Part shown: piece by piece, positions 27,701 through 40,900 of the stretch
Layout of the letters: every line of letters starts with the position of its first letter
How positions within the stretch are numbered: position 1 is the first letter of the stretch
DNA from: Geosiphon pyriformis uo1
Taxonomy: Eukaryota; Fungi; Glomeromycota
Direction of reading: 5' to 3'
Length of the DNA: 64,000 nt
NCBI GenBank assembly: GCA_016748015.1
Contig: JAAOMT010000590.1
Coordinates: forward strand, 248,001 to 312,000
Notes under the pieces: generated by a model
What the model was told of the DNA's origin: nothing
The model's database searches: none
Seen by the model: the letters and a program-made list of their open reading frames with translations, nothing else
Made by a program: the position numbers and the translations under genes

Positions 27701-29830
27701 CACTTACCAAATTCTTAACAAGCTCCATTACCTCATTCCTAGCTTTTTCCACATCGGTAATAACTTTTCCTACAAATTCCAATATGACAGCTTTGTCTAC
27801 TGCTGTACCTTTTGGAACCATAATCTGGATTCCGGTCTCACCCTCGATTTTTCGCAATTTACTCCGATTCCACAAGTATTTTAACACATTTTTGGCATGC
27901 ACAACCGGAAACTCGGTTTCATGAAGATCTGCGATGTTTAAAGTTTCGCCATGTATAGAATTAGCCTTGTCCAATACCAATTGCAGTGCCTTCCCGTGCA
28001 GCCTGCAGGGGCCCCTAATAGTAACAACCTCGGAGGGATCAGAGGGCGGGCTAAGCTCCAAAGAACATTGAGTAAGCTCAAGTATTTCTTGAAGGTTAGC
28101 ACCTTTAGGGCCAATCAGATATTTATGTTGACGTTTCGGAACTGTAGTTGTGGTGGTACCGGTTGTACTTTTCTATGAATGCAAGTTTGTAAAAATATCT
28201 AGTTTTGGCATCACCATTTCTTGCTATAATTGATATTTACTCACTAATTCTTCGTGAAGAAATCTGAGTTTCTCTATGGCATTTTTTACAGTCTCTCTTT
28301 CGCCTGATACAATAATGCAATTATCCCTTGTATTATATTCATGACCTTCAATATCGGAGGATGCAATATAAGGCGGGATATGAATTTTAGCACCAGTTTC
28401 CTGTTGAAGTTGTTGCACGCGCTGACCATGAGCCCCGGCAATAAGAGGATAAAAATGGTGCTCGATTTCAGTAAATTTGATGATTTTCTTAGATGTCTAT
28501 ATATATGAATCGACGAATTAAGGTTAAATTCAACAATTTTTGCCATCTCAAATCATAATATTTGAATAAAGCATTATTTATAGCCATATGAATTGAGCCG
28601 GAACCTTCCGTGTTACATTAATACACAATAAATGCATTGCTCTTTCCAAAAAACAACCACCCATGCTTATCATACACGACCTTTTCATGGACAATTGCCT
28701 CGATTTCAGCTTTGGCGAGATTCACGCTTTTCTCATCACCTTCTATCGTGATTTCCATCATTTCTTCATCTTCATCATAATCGACCTCAGATGACCGATC
28801 TTCATGAAGATCACCTTGCCGTGGGGGTAAGCGAATACGAGTTCCTGTTCGATGAGTAATAGATTTCAGAGTTGCACCTCCTGCACCAAGAATATAGCGA
28901 CGAACAGAAGTTGGAATCGATATTCGAATTTCGGTCTATTAAAAAAAAACAATTTGTGTTAAAACATGTCAAAATAACATTTTTATATCAGTTTTTTAGC
29001 TAAAGGCTCTAAAAAAATATTTGCGAATTTCAAGGAAGGTTCATTACTTTAACAGCAAGATAAGACATTAATTCACGCTTTGCGCGCAAGACATCGTCAG
29101 TTTTACCCTTTATTAAAAAGGTAGTGGTTCCAGAGACATTTGCAATGGATACCTGAATCTGCGTGTTTGTTTTATCTTTTACACGTTTCACAATATCGGC
29201 AATTGTCGTTTTGGAGCCGAATTCACGCTTTTGCAATTGCTGTGCAGCTGACAATTCAACTACTTGAGTAATAATCCCAGCTGACTTTGTTTGCGCCTGC
29301 AGATTTGAAACGGGTGAATGATTAATCGATCTCACACCCACAACGCCAATAGTCGAAGTAGTTTGAGCCGTCTGACGAACAAGTTCGGCGCCAGATCGAT
29401 TACTCCACACTGAGGAAGATTTCACTGAAGGCGGCCCTGGAGACAAGGAAGGCCAGTTGGTCTCATCATATGCGGCGGCGGAAGCCTTCGAAGTCGAAAC
29501 TCGGCTGGGAGAAATGGTAACAGGCGTTGATGTGACTTCATCAGGCGTTAAATCAATTTGTTGCGCGGAAGTGGCAAGAGCCAACTCCTGCTCCTCGTGG
29601 ATTTTCAAAAGTTGAGCAGAAGGTGGTAATGAGTCGGCTGAGGTTGATGCAGTCACCGTGGCAGTTGCATAGTGTTCATTCGAGGTAGTGGATGAAATAG
29701 AATTGCTACTGGCAAGCTGAACAGCTTCAGAAGAAGCTGCGAGTTGGCTGGAGGTAGTGACGGAGGTGACAGAGGTGGAGTTACCTGCAAAAACTCTCTC
29801 ATTGTTAGGAACAACAGCAGTTGAAGACAT
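24713..29830 (-). CDS. SCP160: Vigilin / Scp160 multi-KH-domain RNA-binding protein, about 10 exons
   Basis: Repeated KH GxxG loops (HVIGKGG, SLIGVGG, HVVGRGG, YLIGPGG, HIIGRGG) across ORFs 25009-29830 and a Ser/Thr-rich N-terminus with a WPSL motif. GT-AG introns; last exon ends ...EVLGRAAR* at 24713. Confidence 0.93.
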
Positions 29831-30780
29831 GCTTTGCCTTTCGGTCCTAGGTTATGGTTGAGTTCGAATCGATTTGGGGTTGAATCCGTTGCTTGGTGAT
29901 CTGGTGTAGATGCAAACGACAAAGAGGAGCGACGATGTGTCCCGAGGCCAGTGTTGCAGCTCTATTTTTTTCTGTTTTCTTATATTGAAGTCAAGATGTA
30001 GCGATTCAGATACTGGTAAACCAAGGATATTATGCGTTACTGTGTTGTGTAAAGTTTTCGTTCTTTGCAGTTTACCCAAAATTTTCTTAATCTTGAGTGG
30101 GCGAAATATGTACAGCTGGGTGAGCGTTGCCAAAAAGAAAAAATTCCCAAATGTGTTGCACCACAGCTTTACGAAAAACGTTAGTTCCTTTCGCAATACT
30201 AATGTCCGGTAGATCATGGTCATCGTCGAGATATTTCACAATGTTGATTTTAATTTTATTGATTTCCAGAAACCCACATTAATTTGTAAGCTGCATTAGC
30301 TGTTTACACGTCTGATATTTTAATATTATTCATATTATATTTATCAGTTGCTTGTCAATGATGATTTTCTGACAGATAAATGCCCTATCGAGCAACTCTG
30401 GAAATTGAAACGGCTACTATTTTTTAAAATAGCGACCCAAAGAGAATCACTTGATAAATCGGCCTCACTTTTGCTGGTTTGAGCTTTTGCCTGTATGTTG
30501 CGAAATCCAAGTACGCCAATATAACCTACCTGCCTTTGCAGATTCTAGCATCCTCGTAACTTGAGTTGCCTTCAGGATTTTAGCTTTATGAAAGCTAGTA
30601 TCAGAATAAGCTGCATGTCCAAGGCAGCTAGTAAAAGCAAATATTGTGCGAATAGAGGCGTCCCTTTTGAATAATGACATCCTCCAACCACAGAAGAATA
30701 AATCTCGTCGAATAAGCTGCAAGATGATCAACTCCAAGGGATTGTATAGGGCACAAAATATTTGAAACAGGAAATACTAG

Positions 30781-32177
30781 TTACATATCTTCCACAGACC
30801 AACTATATGCCTCTTTTTGTAAGGCTGATCTGGAGTATTGCCTTTCAAAGAATTGCCTTTCGAATCCATTGGATCGATCTAATTTTAGTAGAAATATTTA
30901 ATAGGGTCCAGTCTTTAAGTAGCTTTTCTATATTCTTATTAGAAACCATACCTATACCATCCCATCGGTAACCTGGTTGAATATCGAATCGATTTGGCGG
31001 TGGCTGAGGGCCTTGATACTTAGGTTGCTTATGTTGGGTTCCTTTCTTTTTCTGTTATAATGATTTTAAAAAATATTTTAGACAAATAACAGATGATAGG
31101 TTTTGGCTCGATTTACCTTTGACAGAAAAATAGCGGCAGGGTCATTCCATCGGTCTTTAGCTTTTAGTTCTTCATTCAAATCTTGATCATCTTTGTAGCT
31201 ATAAATATGTCTCGTAAATGAATGATTGATGATATAATTAAAGCCAGAAAGATGAATATATACATGGCGAGAGGCTTATTTCGTAATTCATCTTCTCTTT
31301 TCTTTTCCTCTTCTTTGCCCCATTTCATTAATTTTTCTTCTTCCTCAATTCGTTTACGTTCCTCCGCACGTTGAGCAGCTACATCAATTTTTCTTCCTTT
31401 CATATATAGCTAAAATTAGAGACAAGATTCAAAGTATACTCACATCCGTAATATGTATAGAAATTGAGAATACCTGATTTATCACGATATACAGTCTCAG
31501 CACCCCGGCCTGAGAGCGCGGGGTCCATATTGTCAAGTTGTGCCTTCATTTGTTTTTGACGTTTCTCGTGCTCTTGACGCGCTTTTTCACTCGTCTGCAG
31601 ACCAACAGAAAGACTTGATATTTTTACACTGTCATTATTAAAAGGAGATCGGTCTCGTTTTCTTTTATTGGATGTTTTAGGCTTATTCAAAAAATCATCA
31701 TCAGGTAAGGAGGATAATTTTTTCTCGGCGAGAGATGGTGACATTTCGATGGATTCAACTTTAGATAAATTGAGGTTTTAAATGAGAAAAATGATATATA
31801 TATTAGAATATATTAGATCCTTACTTTCTTCATAAGCCCCAATTTTCTTCCATTTACTGACATTTGATTCCAGCTCCATTTCTTTTTAATATTTAATTTA
31901 TGATAAGCATATTTTGTTATATCATATAAACCCTTCTCACGTAACATCACCAACCAATTTGTGGTGTAAGGTCCTCTTCCCCCTCATCCGAAATGACGTT
32001 TTTCCAGTTCTCTGTGAACTCTTCTTCATCGATAATAGCATAGTTTCCTCCTTTCAAGTTCGAAAAACCTGGTCTACGTTTTTTCTTCTTTCTCTTTGCA
32101 ATTTCAACTATATTTTCGTCTCCACCACTGGATTTCGTGCCATATTTTTTGGCTAAATAATCTTCAAGGGTTGTCAT
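30781..32177 (-). CDS. BUD13: Pre-mRNA splicing factor Bud13/Cwc26 (RES complex), 7 exons
   Basis: MTTLEDYLAKKY..., [63 protein letters not shown]...AYSWSVEDM*. The C-terminus is the canonical Bud13 signature. Confidence 0.95.
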
Positions 32178-32357
32178 TCCTAACTTGTTGACGAACAAAG
32201 CTTTGAGCACCCAACGGAATAGCCATATAATTGATTATGGATTTTAATTGCACGTGGCTACAATGGATGTTACACCACTTTTGGTGGTTTCAGAAATTCA
32301 ACCTAAATTTTTCAACTTCCTGGCACCTCAAACAATTTAAATCACAAAGAACCACAG
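32178..32357. promoter_or_regulatory. Putative bidirectional promoter between BUD13 and GPN2 (180 bp between start codons); CACGTG at 32251-32256
   Basis: Head-to-head ATGs at 32177 (-) and 32358 (+). An E-box hexamer lies in between; its function is inferred. Confidence 0.6.
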
Positions 32358-33763
32358 ATGCCCTTTGGCCAGGTAAATTTACCTAACCTTATAGTGAAAT
32401 TACCGTAAGAATTAATTATAGTTACCCGATACCCTAGATCGTGATAGGCCCCCCCGGCTCCGGAAAGACCACTTATTGTAACGGTCTTCAACAATTCCTC
32501 AATGTTACGGGGAGGTATGCTTTTTAGTTTATCTGATTAGTTACTAGCGTTGATTTTACTAAAATCCCCTTTACTACTTATTCAAACCTTTTGCTTGCCG
32601 CAATAAAAGAAAAGTATCGGTTGTCAATCTTGACCCTGCAAATGACTTCCTTCCATACAACTGTTCGGTCAATATTGCCGATTTGATCACACTAGAAGAT
32701 GTGATGAGAGAGTTTGATCTTGGGCCGAATGGTGGTATAATGTATTGTATGGAATTCTTGGAAAAGAATCTTGACTGGCTTGAGAATAAGCTGAAATCGC
32801 TTGGAGGTCGTTATCGGTTCTTTCTATAAATTTATCGGGCCGTCTTTTACCCTTATACAATGATTCCTGAAATATATTGGATTATTCAGACGATTATGTG
32901 TTGTTTGATTTCCCAGGACAAGTCGAACTTTTCACTCATCACAATTCTGTAAAGAATATCATTGAACGATTAGGAAAGCTGAGCTATCGGGTAGTCCATC
33001 AGGATTTGTGTCCCTGATTTTTTTCAAGACTTTTTCAGAATTCATTTTCTAATAGCTCGTCACCGTGCATCTGGTCGATGCCCACCATTGCACCGACCCT
33101 GCAAAATACATTTCGGTCCTACTCTTGTCTTTGAAAACAATGTTGCAAATCGAATTGCCTCATATAAATGTATTATCGAAAATCGATTTAATGGAATCCT
33201 ATGGCAAATTAGGTAAAATATCTCCTAGCTTTTGCTCACTTAACTGTTTCTTTGAGTATGAATTGACCGTACGTGGTGAATTTTTCGTTACAGCATTCAA
33301 TTTGGATTTTTATACAGAAGTTCAAGATTTATCCTACCTGTTATACCATTTAGATGAGGATCCATTTGCAAAACGCTATAAGGAACTCAACAAAACTTTG
33401 TGTGATCTTATCGAAGATTTTGGCATAGTTGGGTTCCAAACTTTGTGCATAGAGGTAAAAATCATTTTATGCATACTCTTAGACTTTGCTCACTAGTATT
33501 AAGGTTTTCTCCCTTGACGGTAAAAGGATAAAAAATCCGTAATGAATCTTGTTGGTGCCATCGATAAAGCTAATGGATATATATTTGGAGGTTTGACCCA
33601 AGGTAATGAAAGCATCATGCTCGCCACTGCCAATAACGATCAAACATTCTACAACGTATCCGACGTACAAGAGAGATGGTTAGACTATAAAGAGCAATGG
33701 GATGAATGGGAATCTAGAAATCAACAGGAAGCTCTCAAAGAAGCTGCAAATCAAGCCCCATGA
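32358..33763 (+). CDS. GPN2: GPN-loop GTPase 2, 7 exons
   Basis: [19 protein letters not shown] (P-loop), [15 protein letters not shown] (GPN loop), [47 protein letters not shown]. All are GPN2-type motifs. Confidence 0.95.
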
Positions 33764-33959
33764 CCACCTTGACCAAGAAACGTCTTGGTTCAAAATCATG
33801 TGACATGTTTTCTTGTCTTTTGTGTATGTTTTCAACTACTTCTGACAACGAGTCCATTAAGGATGAAAAATCATTAATGTCCAATATGGCATTATTTTAC
33901 AAATGACTGACTTGAAAAGACAATAAAGACTAATAGTTGCAATCAATTTTTAAGATGAG

Positions 33960-34975
33960 GTTAACATTTAATAAATATTTGCATCAAAACCAAAATTAAT
34001 AGAGTATTAATAATATGTTTTAAAGTCTTAAAAGTTACATTTTTATTCGCTTTTTTTTATTATTCTATTTTTTTAATTTTAATAGTATTGCCTTATTTAT
34101 TTATTTGGCAATATTAAACACTTAAAATAATTTTTTTTTTTACAAATAAAGTTTTAATTAAAAACTTAATTAAACATAAATAATAGAGAGTATTTTGAAA
34201 CTAGAGATATTATGATAAAGTTAATAATTTGTAATAGGTTGTAATAAAAAAGTATAAAAAATTTTATTTATTTAAATAATAAAATATTATACTTTTACAT
34301 ATTTATTTTTGCACACAAATTTATTTTGTTGATTTTGCCACAATATTCTATTTAATAAAATTATTTATATATTAAAATATATTTTTTATCTTAAAAAAAA
34401 TTATTTATTAATATTAATAACAATAAACTAATTATTTAAAAAATTGTTAATATTAATATTAATAACTTGATAAAAATTTTAAATTTTTTATTATTATGCA
34501 TTAATAAAGTGTAATCTTATTAATATTTAACTTGTTTTAATTTTTAAAAATTAAATTATATGTATTTTTTAAACATTAAATTAAGTTAATTGAATTTTTT
34601 TATAATTATATATAAAATATATACAAATTTTTAAAAATATATTTGGCTTATTAATTTTTTTAAAAATACAATTATAAAAATTTATTATTAAAACATGCCA
34701 AATTATTAATAGTTAATTTTAATTTTATTATTATTTATTTATTTAACTGGTTTTTAATTATTGATTTTTATTTTAATAATAAGCATTTATATTTTATTTT
34801 ATATTTGATTAAGTTTAATTAAATAAAATCTATTATATTAATAATTATTAACTTAATATATTCAAAAACTTTTAAGATTTTTTTACATTATTTTTTTAAC
34901 ATAAATTTTTTATAAAATTTAATTATTATTATTAAATATTTAATTTTTTATAGTATTATAAATTAAAAAAAAGAT
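33960..34975. other. Extremely AT-rich low-complexity tract bordering the gene island
   Basis: Almost no G/C and no recognisable ORF. Similar tracts lie at ~22780-23100 and ~49630-50270. Confidence 0.8.
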
Positions 34976-34979
34976 TAAA

Positions 34980-37900
34980 AAAAAAACTTCTTTCTCTTTT
35001 TTGTCCCAAATTTTCAAAAAAAAAGAGTCCGAAATTTTGAAAGAAGTTTTTTTCATTTTTTATTATTATATACTTCAATATTTTAAAAGAACCTAACTTT
35101 TTTATTATTAAATTGACAATTACTATGAGTAATTCTAGTGCTAAGAGAAAATCAGCCAGAGTTTTGGCTTTTGGTTTGGTCAATAGAAGCTTGTCTCAAA
35201 AGTAAAAAGTCTCTTTTGAAAATATAAAGCATTCTAGTAATAAGACAGATTTGAGTTTTGATGAGTTTAATTATATTCTTGGTCAGTTTACTAGTATAAA
35301 TACAAATAAAAATATTTTTTTGGTGATTTTTTCTGGTGTAAATACTGGTTATGGTGCTAATAGTAAGGGTAAAAAAAAGTTGGAATCAAAGATAAATATT
35401 TTTAAAGCTAAGTAATTTAATATTGGCACTATAATTAATTTTCCAATCGAATTTCTTACCTATAATATGAATAATAATAATAAGATTTCTTTTTCTTCTT
35501 ATCTTTCTATTTTCTTGGACAAAAAGTAAGTTGATTCTAAATTGTTAAAATCCAGATTGAAGTTTTTGTCAAAAAGTTTTTTGTTTTGGACATTAATTTT
35601 TTAGTTGTAGATAGCAAATTAGCAATAGCAAAAACACAAATAATCAGAAAAATTTTTTTAGCAGTCAATGATTTTAGAGATATCATTACTTCTTCAAAAT
35701 TTAAAAAGATCATCAAATCAATATTTACATTAGAAGAAAACATAAAAAAAACTATTCTATTGGCCAAAGAAAAAAAGATTATTATAAACAACAATCTTAA
35801 AAGACAAAGAATTAAGTTAAATTGAACTGTAATAATAATAAAAATTTTTATGAATATGTCAAAAAAAATGATTGTTACTACAGTTGCTAAGTATGATTAA
35901 ATTGTGTTAATCAAAGTTTAGCTTATTAGAATATGGCAAAAAGCTATAGTAAAATTTGCCAAATTAGATTAAACAGATCAGTTAACTGAAAAATAATTAT
36001 TTCTGATTGAGAAAAATTCAGTATATATAGCCAAAGCTGTGGAAAATTGTGGAATTTGAACATTTAAAAATTAGTTTAGAGCACTTTTGTTTATCTTGTC
36101 TATGAAAACAACAGTCTATAATCTGAGCACTCTATTAAAAAAAGTTGGTAAAAAGACTTGTATTATTAATTACTTATATAAAACTGGTAACTAAGTTCAT
36201 TGTACTGTGGTTGATTTTAAATTAAATAAGAAACTGGAGTTTGCTTTTTACACAAAGCTGATTTTTGGTGATGTAAAATTCTTATGAGCTAGAATAAATT
36301 TGGTTTGGTGTAAAAAATGCAGATGTTTTGAACATTTGGCTCTTGAGTGTAATGTATTAAGTATGTTTGTTTTGTCTTTTTTAAAATTTTATAAAAGATT
36401 TATTTCAAAGAAAAATTGCTTTTAATTTACCAAGTTATATACAAAAAAAAGTGTTCCAATCTCTTGTTTTGCTGTCTTTAATGACAAATCTTGGGCTCAA
36501 ATTGTTTCAATTATTGTCTTTGCTGATGTATTTCATTTTAATTTCAATTCTGGTTCTGAATTGTATCTTTTGAAATTGTTATATGTTGGTAAAGTTCTCT
36601 TGGTTCCCAATAATCACTTGTTAATTGGTATTTACTTGGCTTTTTTTGAACACTTCTTGGAGCTTTTGACTAATTAAGTGTTTAACATTGTGCACAAGCT
36701 TAGCAATGTGATATTGGCTCTTCTACTTTCATTTGTTTTTTTTCATAACTTAGCTAATACAATGGTTTTTGAATCAAATTTGAAATCAAGTACAGTTTTG
36801 AATAATTTGAAGAGTTTGCTTCTACTTTTTTTTTTGGTCACTGCTAAAGCCTCAGTTTTGGATCTGAGTAGTTCAAAAATCTTAATCATCAAAGTAGACA
36901 GTTTAAAATCGAAATTGGTGGCTCTTGAAGCATCTATTGGTTTAATTTTGGCAAAGTTAGATTTTTTGTGTGCTGATTCAAGTTCTTTTGTTCTTACTTT
37001 ATCTCAATAACTAATCTAATTTAAAAGTTTGCTATATGCAATATTTGAGACCTTAATGTCCCTATTAAATAGGAAGACATTATTTATTGGTACACAGATT
37101 TGGGTAATATGGTTTTTTTTATTACAGAAACAAAGTTAAGAGCTAGTATCAAGTCTTGATTTGTTACTAAGTTTAATAATATACAAATTTTTACATCTGG
37201 TTTAAAAAAGAGTTATCTTAGTGCTAAAGTGGCTGTTATTATAAACAATTCTTTGACTCAACATGTTTTCAAGGTAAAAAAGATTCTTAATTGTATTATT
37301 TCAATATGGCTTCTATTTAAAGACAAGTTTTTGGTTACAGTTTTGGGTTTATATATTAATGCTTTTGTAAAAACAAGATTTAGTTAAGTTCTAACTGTTA
37401 ATTTTTTTATTGTTAAGGCTGTTGACTCCAGTACTTTTGTGGGTGAGAATTTTAATAAAAATAGTTTTAGAAAAAGTGCAAATTTTAAATTCTGTTCAGA
37501 TTTAGGTTTAATCAATTTGTTCAGCAGCTATTTATTGGTCAAAGTCTTTACTTGGAGCAATTTGAAAGTAATTGATAGAACTATAAATTACATTTTTATT
37601 AGAAAAAATTTATTGTCTGCTGTTGCTAGTCATAAGATTGACTTTGTTTTTGGCTTTTTCAACACTAATTATAAAGCAATATTAATTTTAATCAGTTTAA
37701 GTAGTCTTCTAAATATTTATCTAAACAGTATATATATGCAAACCAATAAAAACAAATAGAAATTCAAAATTAAAAATACTAATATCACTAAGTAGCTGTA
37801 GTTTAAAAAATGCTCTTTAATAAAGTTTTTGTTAAAGACAATAAAATTTAATAATACAAAGGACTATAAGAATTTAGATATAATGTGGAAAATTTTGAAG

Positions 37901-40900
37901 AAAATATTAGTAAACTCTGTTAATAAGGTTTTTTCTAAACATTAATTCAATAAATTTGAGTGCTCAAAAAATAAGTAATTATCCAAATTTTTAAATTAGA
38001 ATTATTAATAGCCAGAATTATGAAAAGTTTGAACACAAATTGTTCTTTGAAGACTAACTGCCTTTTTAATATCTGAGTTAGTATTAATAAAATGAAAGTA
38101 TCCAAGTTGAAATCCTTATTTAATAGTAATAAAAAGACTAAAATAATTCTTTGTCATTTGTTAAGTATTAAAAAAAGATATTACAAATCTAAGTATTATG
38201 AATTCAAAATTGTAAAAAACAATTTTATCAAAAAAACAATAAAAAAATGCATGAAAAATTTTTGCTTTGATAAAAGATACATGATCAAAAGTGTTTTGAA
38301 GCAGCCATTTTAGAAGATTGTATTCAATTATCTTATTATGGACAACAATTTGATTTTAAAATCTTGTAAAATCAAATTTATAGTTAATACTATCATAGAA
38401 AGATAGACAAAAAAAGCATGTGGTTTCTGATATTTGGCCTAACTAATGGTTCAGTCAATATGCTTTTCTGAGTCATATTAATAACTGTGCATTTTCAGAA
38501 ATCATAAGAGATATTAAGTTTGATAAATTCCTGTGTATAATCAAAGATCTGCTTAATAGTAAAGTTTTTGGTCTTTTTAATATTCTTAATAAGCTTTGAA
38601 AACATGGTAATAAACAGATTTTGGAAAGTTTGCTAGACATTTTCAATATGTGTTTGGTATTATGTACAACTTCTACAAAATAAAAAGAGACTTGGGTTTT
38701 TATGATACTAAAATTATATAATTAAGAAAAGATACTTATAAATACCAGGCCAATAAATTTAATTGAAACAGCTTACAAAATTCTTTTTAAAATACTCTCA
38801 GATAGGATTTTTTTGGCCTGTAGTAAATTTGATATTTTGTACAGTAATAATTTTTCAGTTCTAAAAGATACATCCACTCAAACTCCAATTTTTGTCATGG
38901 ACTTTATTATTAAAAATGCTTTGGAAAAAGACAAAAAGTTGTGGATAGTTTTTTAAGATATATGCAAAGTATATGATTCTGTTAGATGTTATTATTTGTA
39001 GAATAGTCTAAATAGAATTAAGATGTGTTTTTATTTCATTAAGTTTTTTAAAACCATTTATAATAATAGAGTCAATTAAATAATAACAAATTTTGAACTA
39101 ATAAATAGATATATTGTTCATGATGATTTGGATCAAAGAAAAGTTTTTTCATTTCTGCTGTAAAGAATTTTTTATAATTATCTGCTATATAGAGTTAAGA
39201 AGCATAACAGTTTGTTTGATTACAGATTAGATTCAAAATTTATAATGAAAACTGACAAGTAAGATCTTAGAAATAACATGACATTTTTTTTGGCAATAGA
39301 AGCTTTTATGAATGATACAATCTGAATTGGGAATAACATGTTTACTATCCAATATATTTTAGATATTATGAATAAATTTTTTGTTATCAATAACATTTTA
39401 ATCAATATTGAAAAGACAGTTGTCATTCTTATCAATTAAAAAGCAGTAGTTTTTTATCTATTAATAAGTAGTTCAAATATTTTTATAGCAAAAAAAAAGT
39501 GAAACTCATAGATACTTAGACATTTTTTTGTTCACAGATAATTTTTTCAAACCAAGTTTTGCTAAGGCTTATTCAGATGTTAAATTTTTCACAAATCTGG
39601 TTTTAAAAAAAACTGTATCAGATAAGCAATTTTTGTATTTGGTGTCTGTTGTTCTCTAGCTCATAGTTGATTATAGGCTATAATTTAGTTATGTTTTAGT
39701 AAATACATATGAAAAATAAAACAGATTGTTGAGAAAAAAGTTAAAGCTAAAGACCAATTTGCTCAAAAACTTTCTTAATGAAACCATTTTTCATCTTGAA
39801 TTTTATGGTTTTAAATCTTTTAAACAGATGTAGACTGAAAATTTAATGGTGTTACCAGTAGAATTTTAGCTATTAATTAGCATGATATTACCCTTATAAT
39901 TCCTATAATTCATTAGTATATTAATATCATTTCAAATTATCACATATTACGATTCAATTAAAATAATCTAATTAGTATAACAGAAAGTAGGATGATCAAA
40001 TTACACAATACCCTGAACTTTGTAACATTCAAAAATTCGCCGAAATTTACAGAAATTCGCCGAAATTATGAATAGTTTACCCAAATTAATCAATAGTTCA
40101 GTGAAATAACTTGTAATTCATCAAAATGTATCTTTAGTTCGCCAAAATTTGAGCAAAGAGAAAAAGTGCAAGTTCATAGACTAGTACTACAACAAGTTGT
40201 ATAAAAGAAGAGCTTTTTTCTTCTGGAAAATGTATTTTACTTTAGATTTATCACTTAGAACCATTCCTATACACACAAAAAGAAATAAATATCAAATAAT
40301 TCGAAAAACCAAATTCTTTAAATTATTGCACTTGGAAAATCCTCAAAACCCAACTAACGTTTTGAAATTGATTAGCTACCAATTTCAGTAAACTGTTAGT
40401 AACTTCAGGCCTGGATAGAAAACGTTTCTCTTGACAAAATTCTATTTCTTTTACATTTCTTTTATTTTTCTTTTCTTTTCTTATTACAATTATTAGGGTA
40501 GCCTACAGACAAGATGTCTGTAGAAGAGTTGAATTTTACAGCAAAGTAACTATACATTTTAGTGAGCTTCCAGACAAGCAATTCCTGGAAAAGAGTTGAT
40601 GTTTACTACAATGTAACTATATAAAGTAACTGGCACAGAATTGGCCATTCCACCTATAAGTCCAGCAAGTTCAAATTATAGAAGATAATTTGAAGATAAA
40701 TTCAGTTATTGGAGGTTCAACTACTTCCTGAGAACGTGAATTCACAGCAAAACAACATTACCAACATTTAAGAAAAGAGACCAAAAACCTCCAGTAACAA
40801 TGGCTTATTTGATCACTTTTATTAACTTGAAAAAAATTCTCAGCAGATTATTTGATTATAGAGCTATGAATTTACAGACTATTAGCTAGATGTCTTAACA

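Noticed and set aside
26109-28546. Antisense or alternative-frame ORFs over SCP160 and similar shadow ORFs over L-D
   Set aside because: These are shadows of real coding sequence with no independent homology signal.
29852-30737. ORFs 29852-30223, 29910-30212 and 30465-30737 between SCP160 and BUD13
   Set aside because: No recognisable motifs or splice structure; most likely UTR or promoter sequence.
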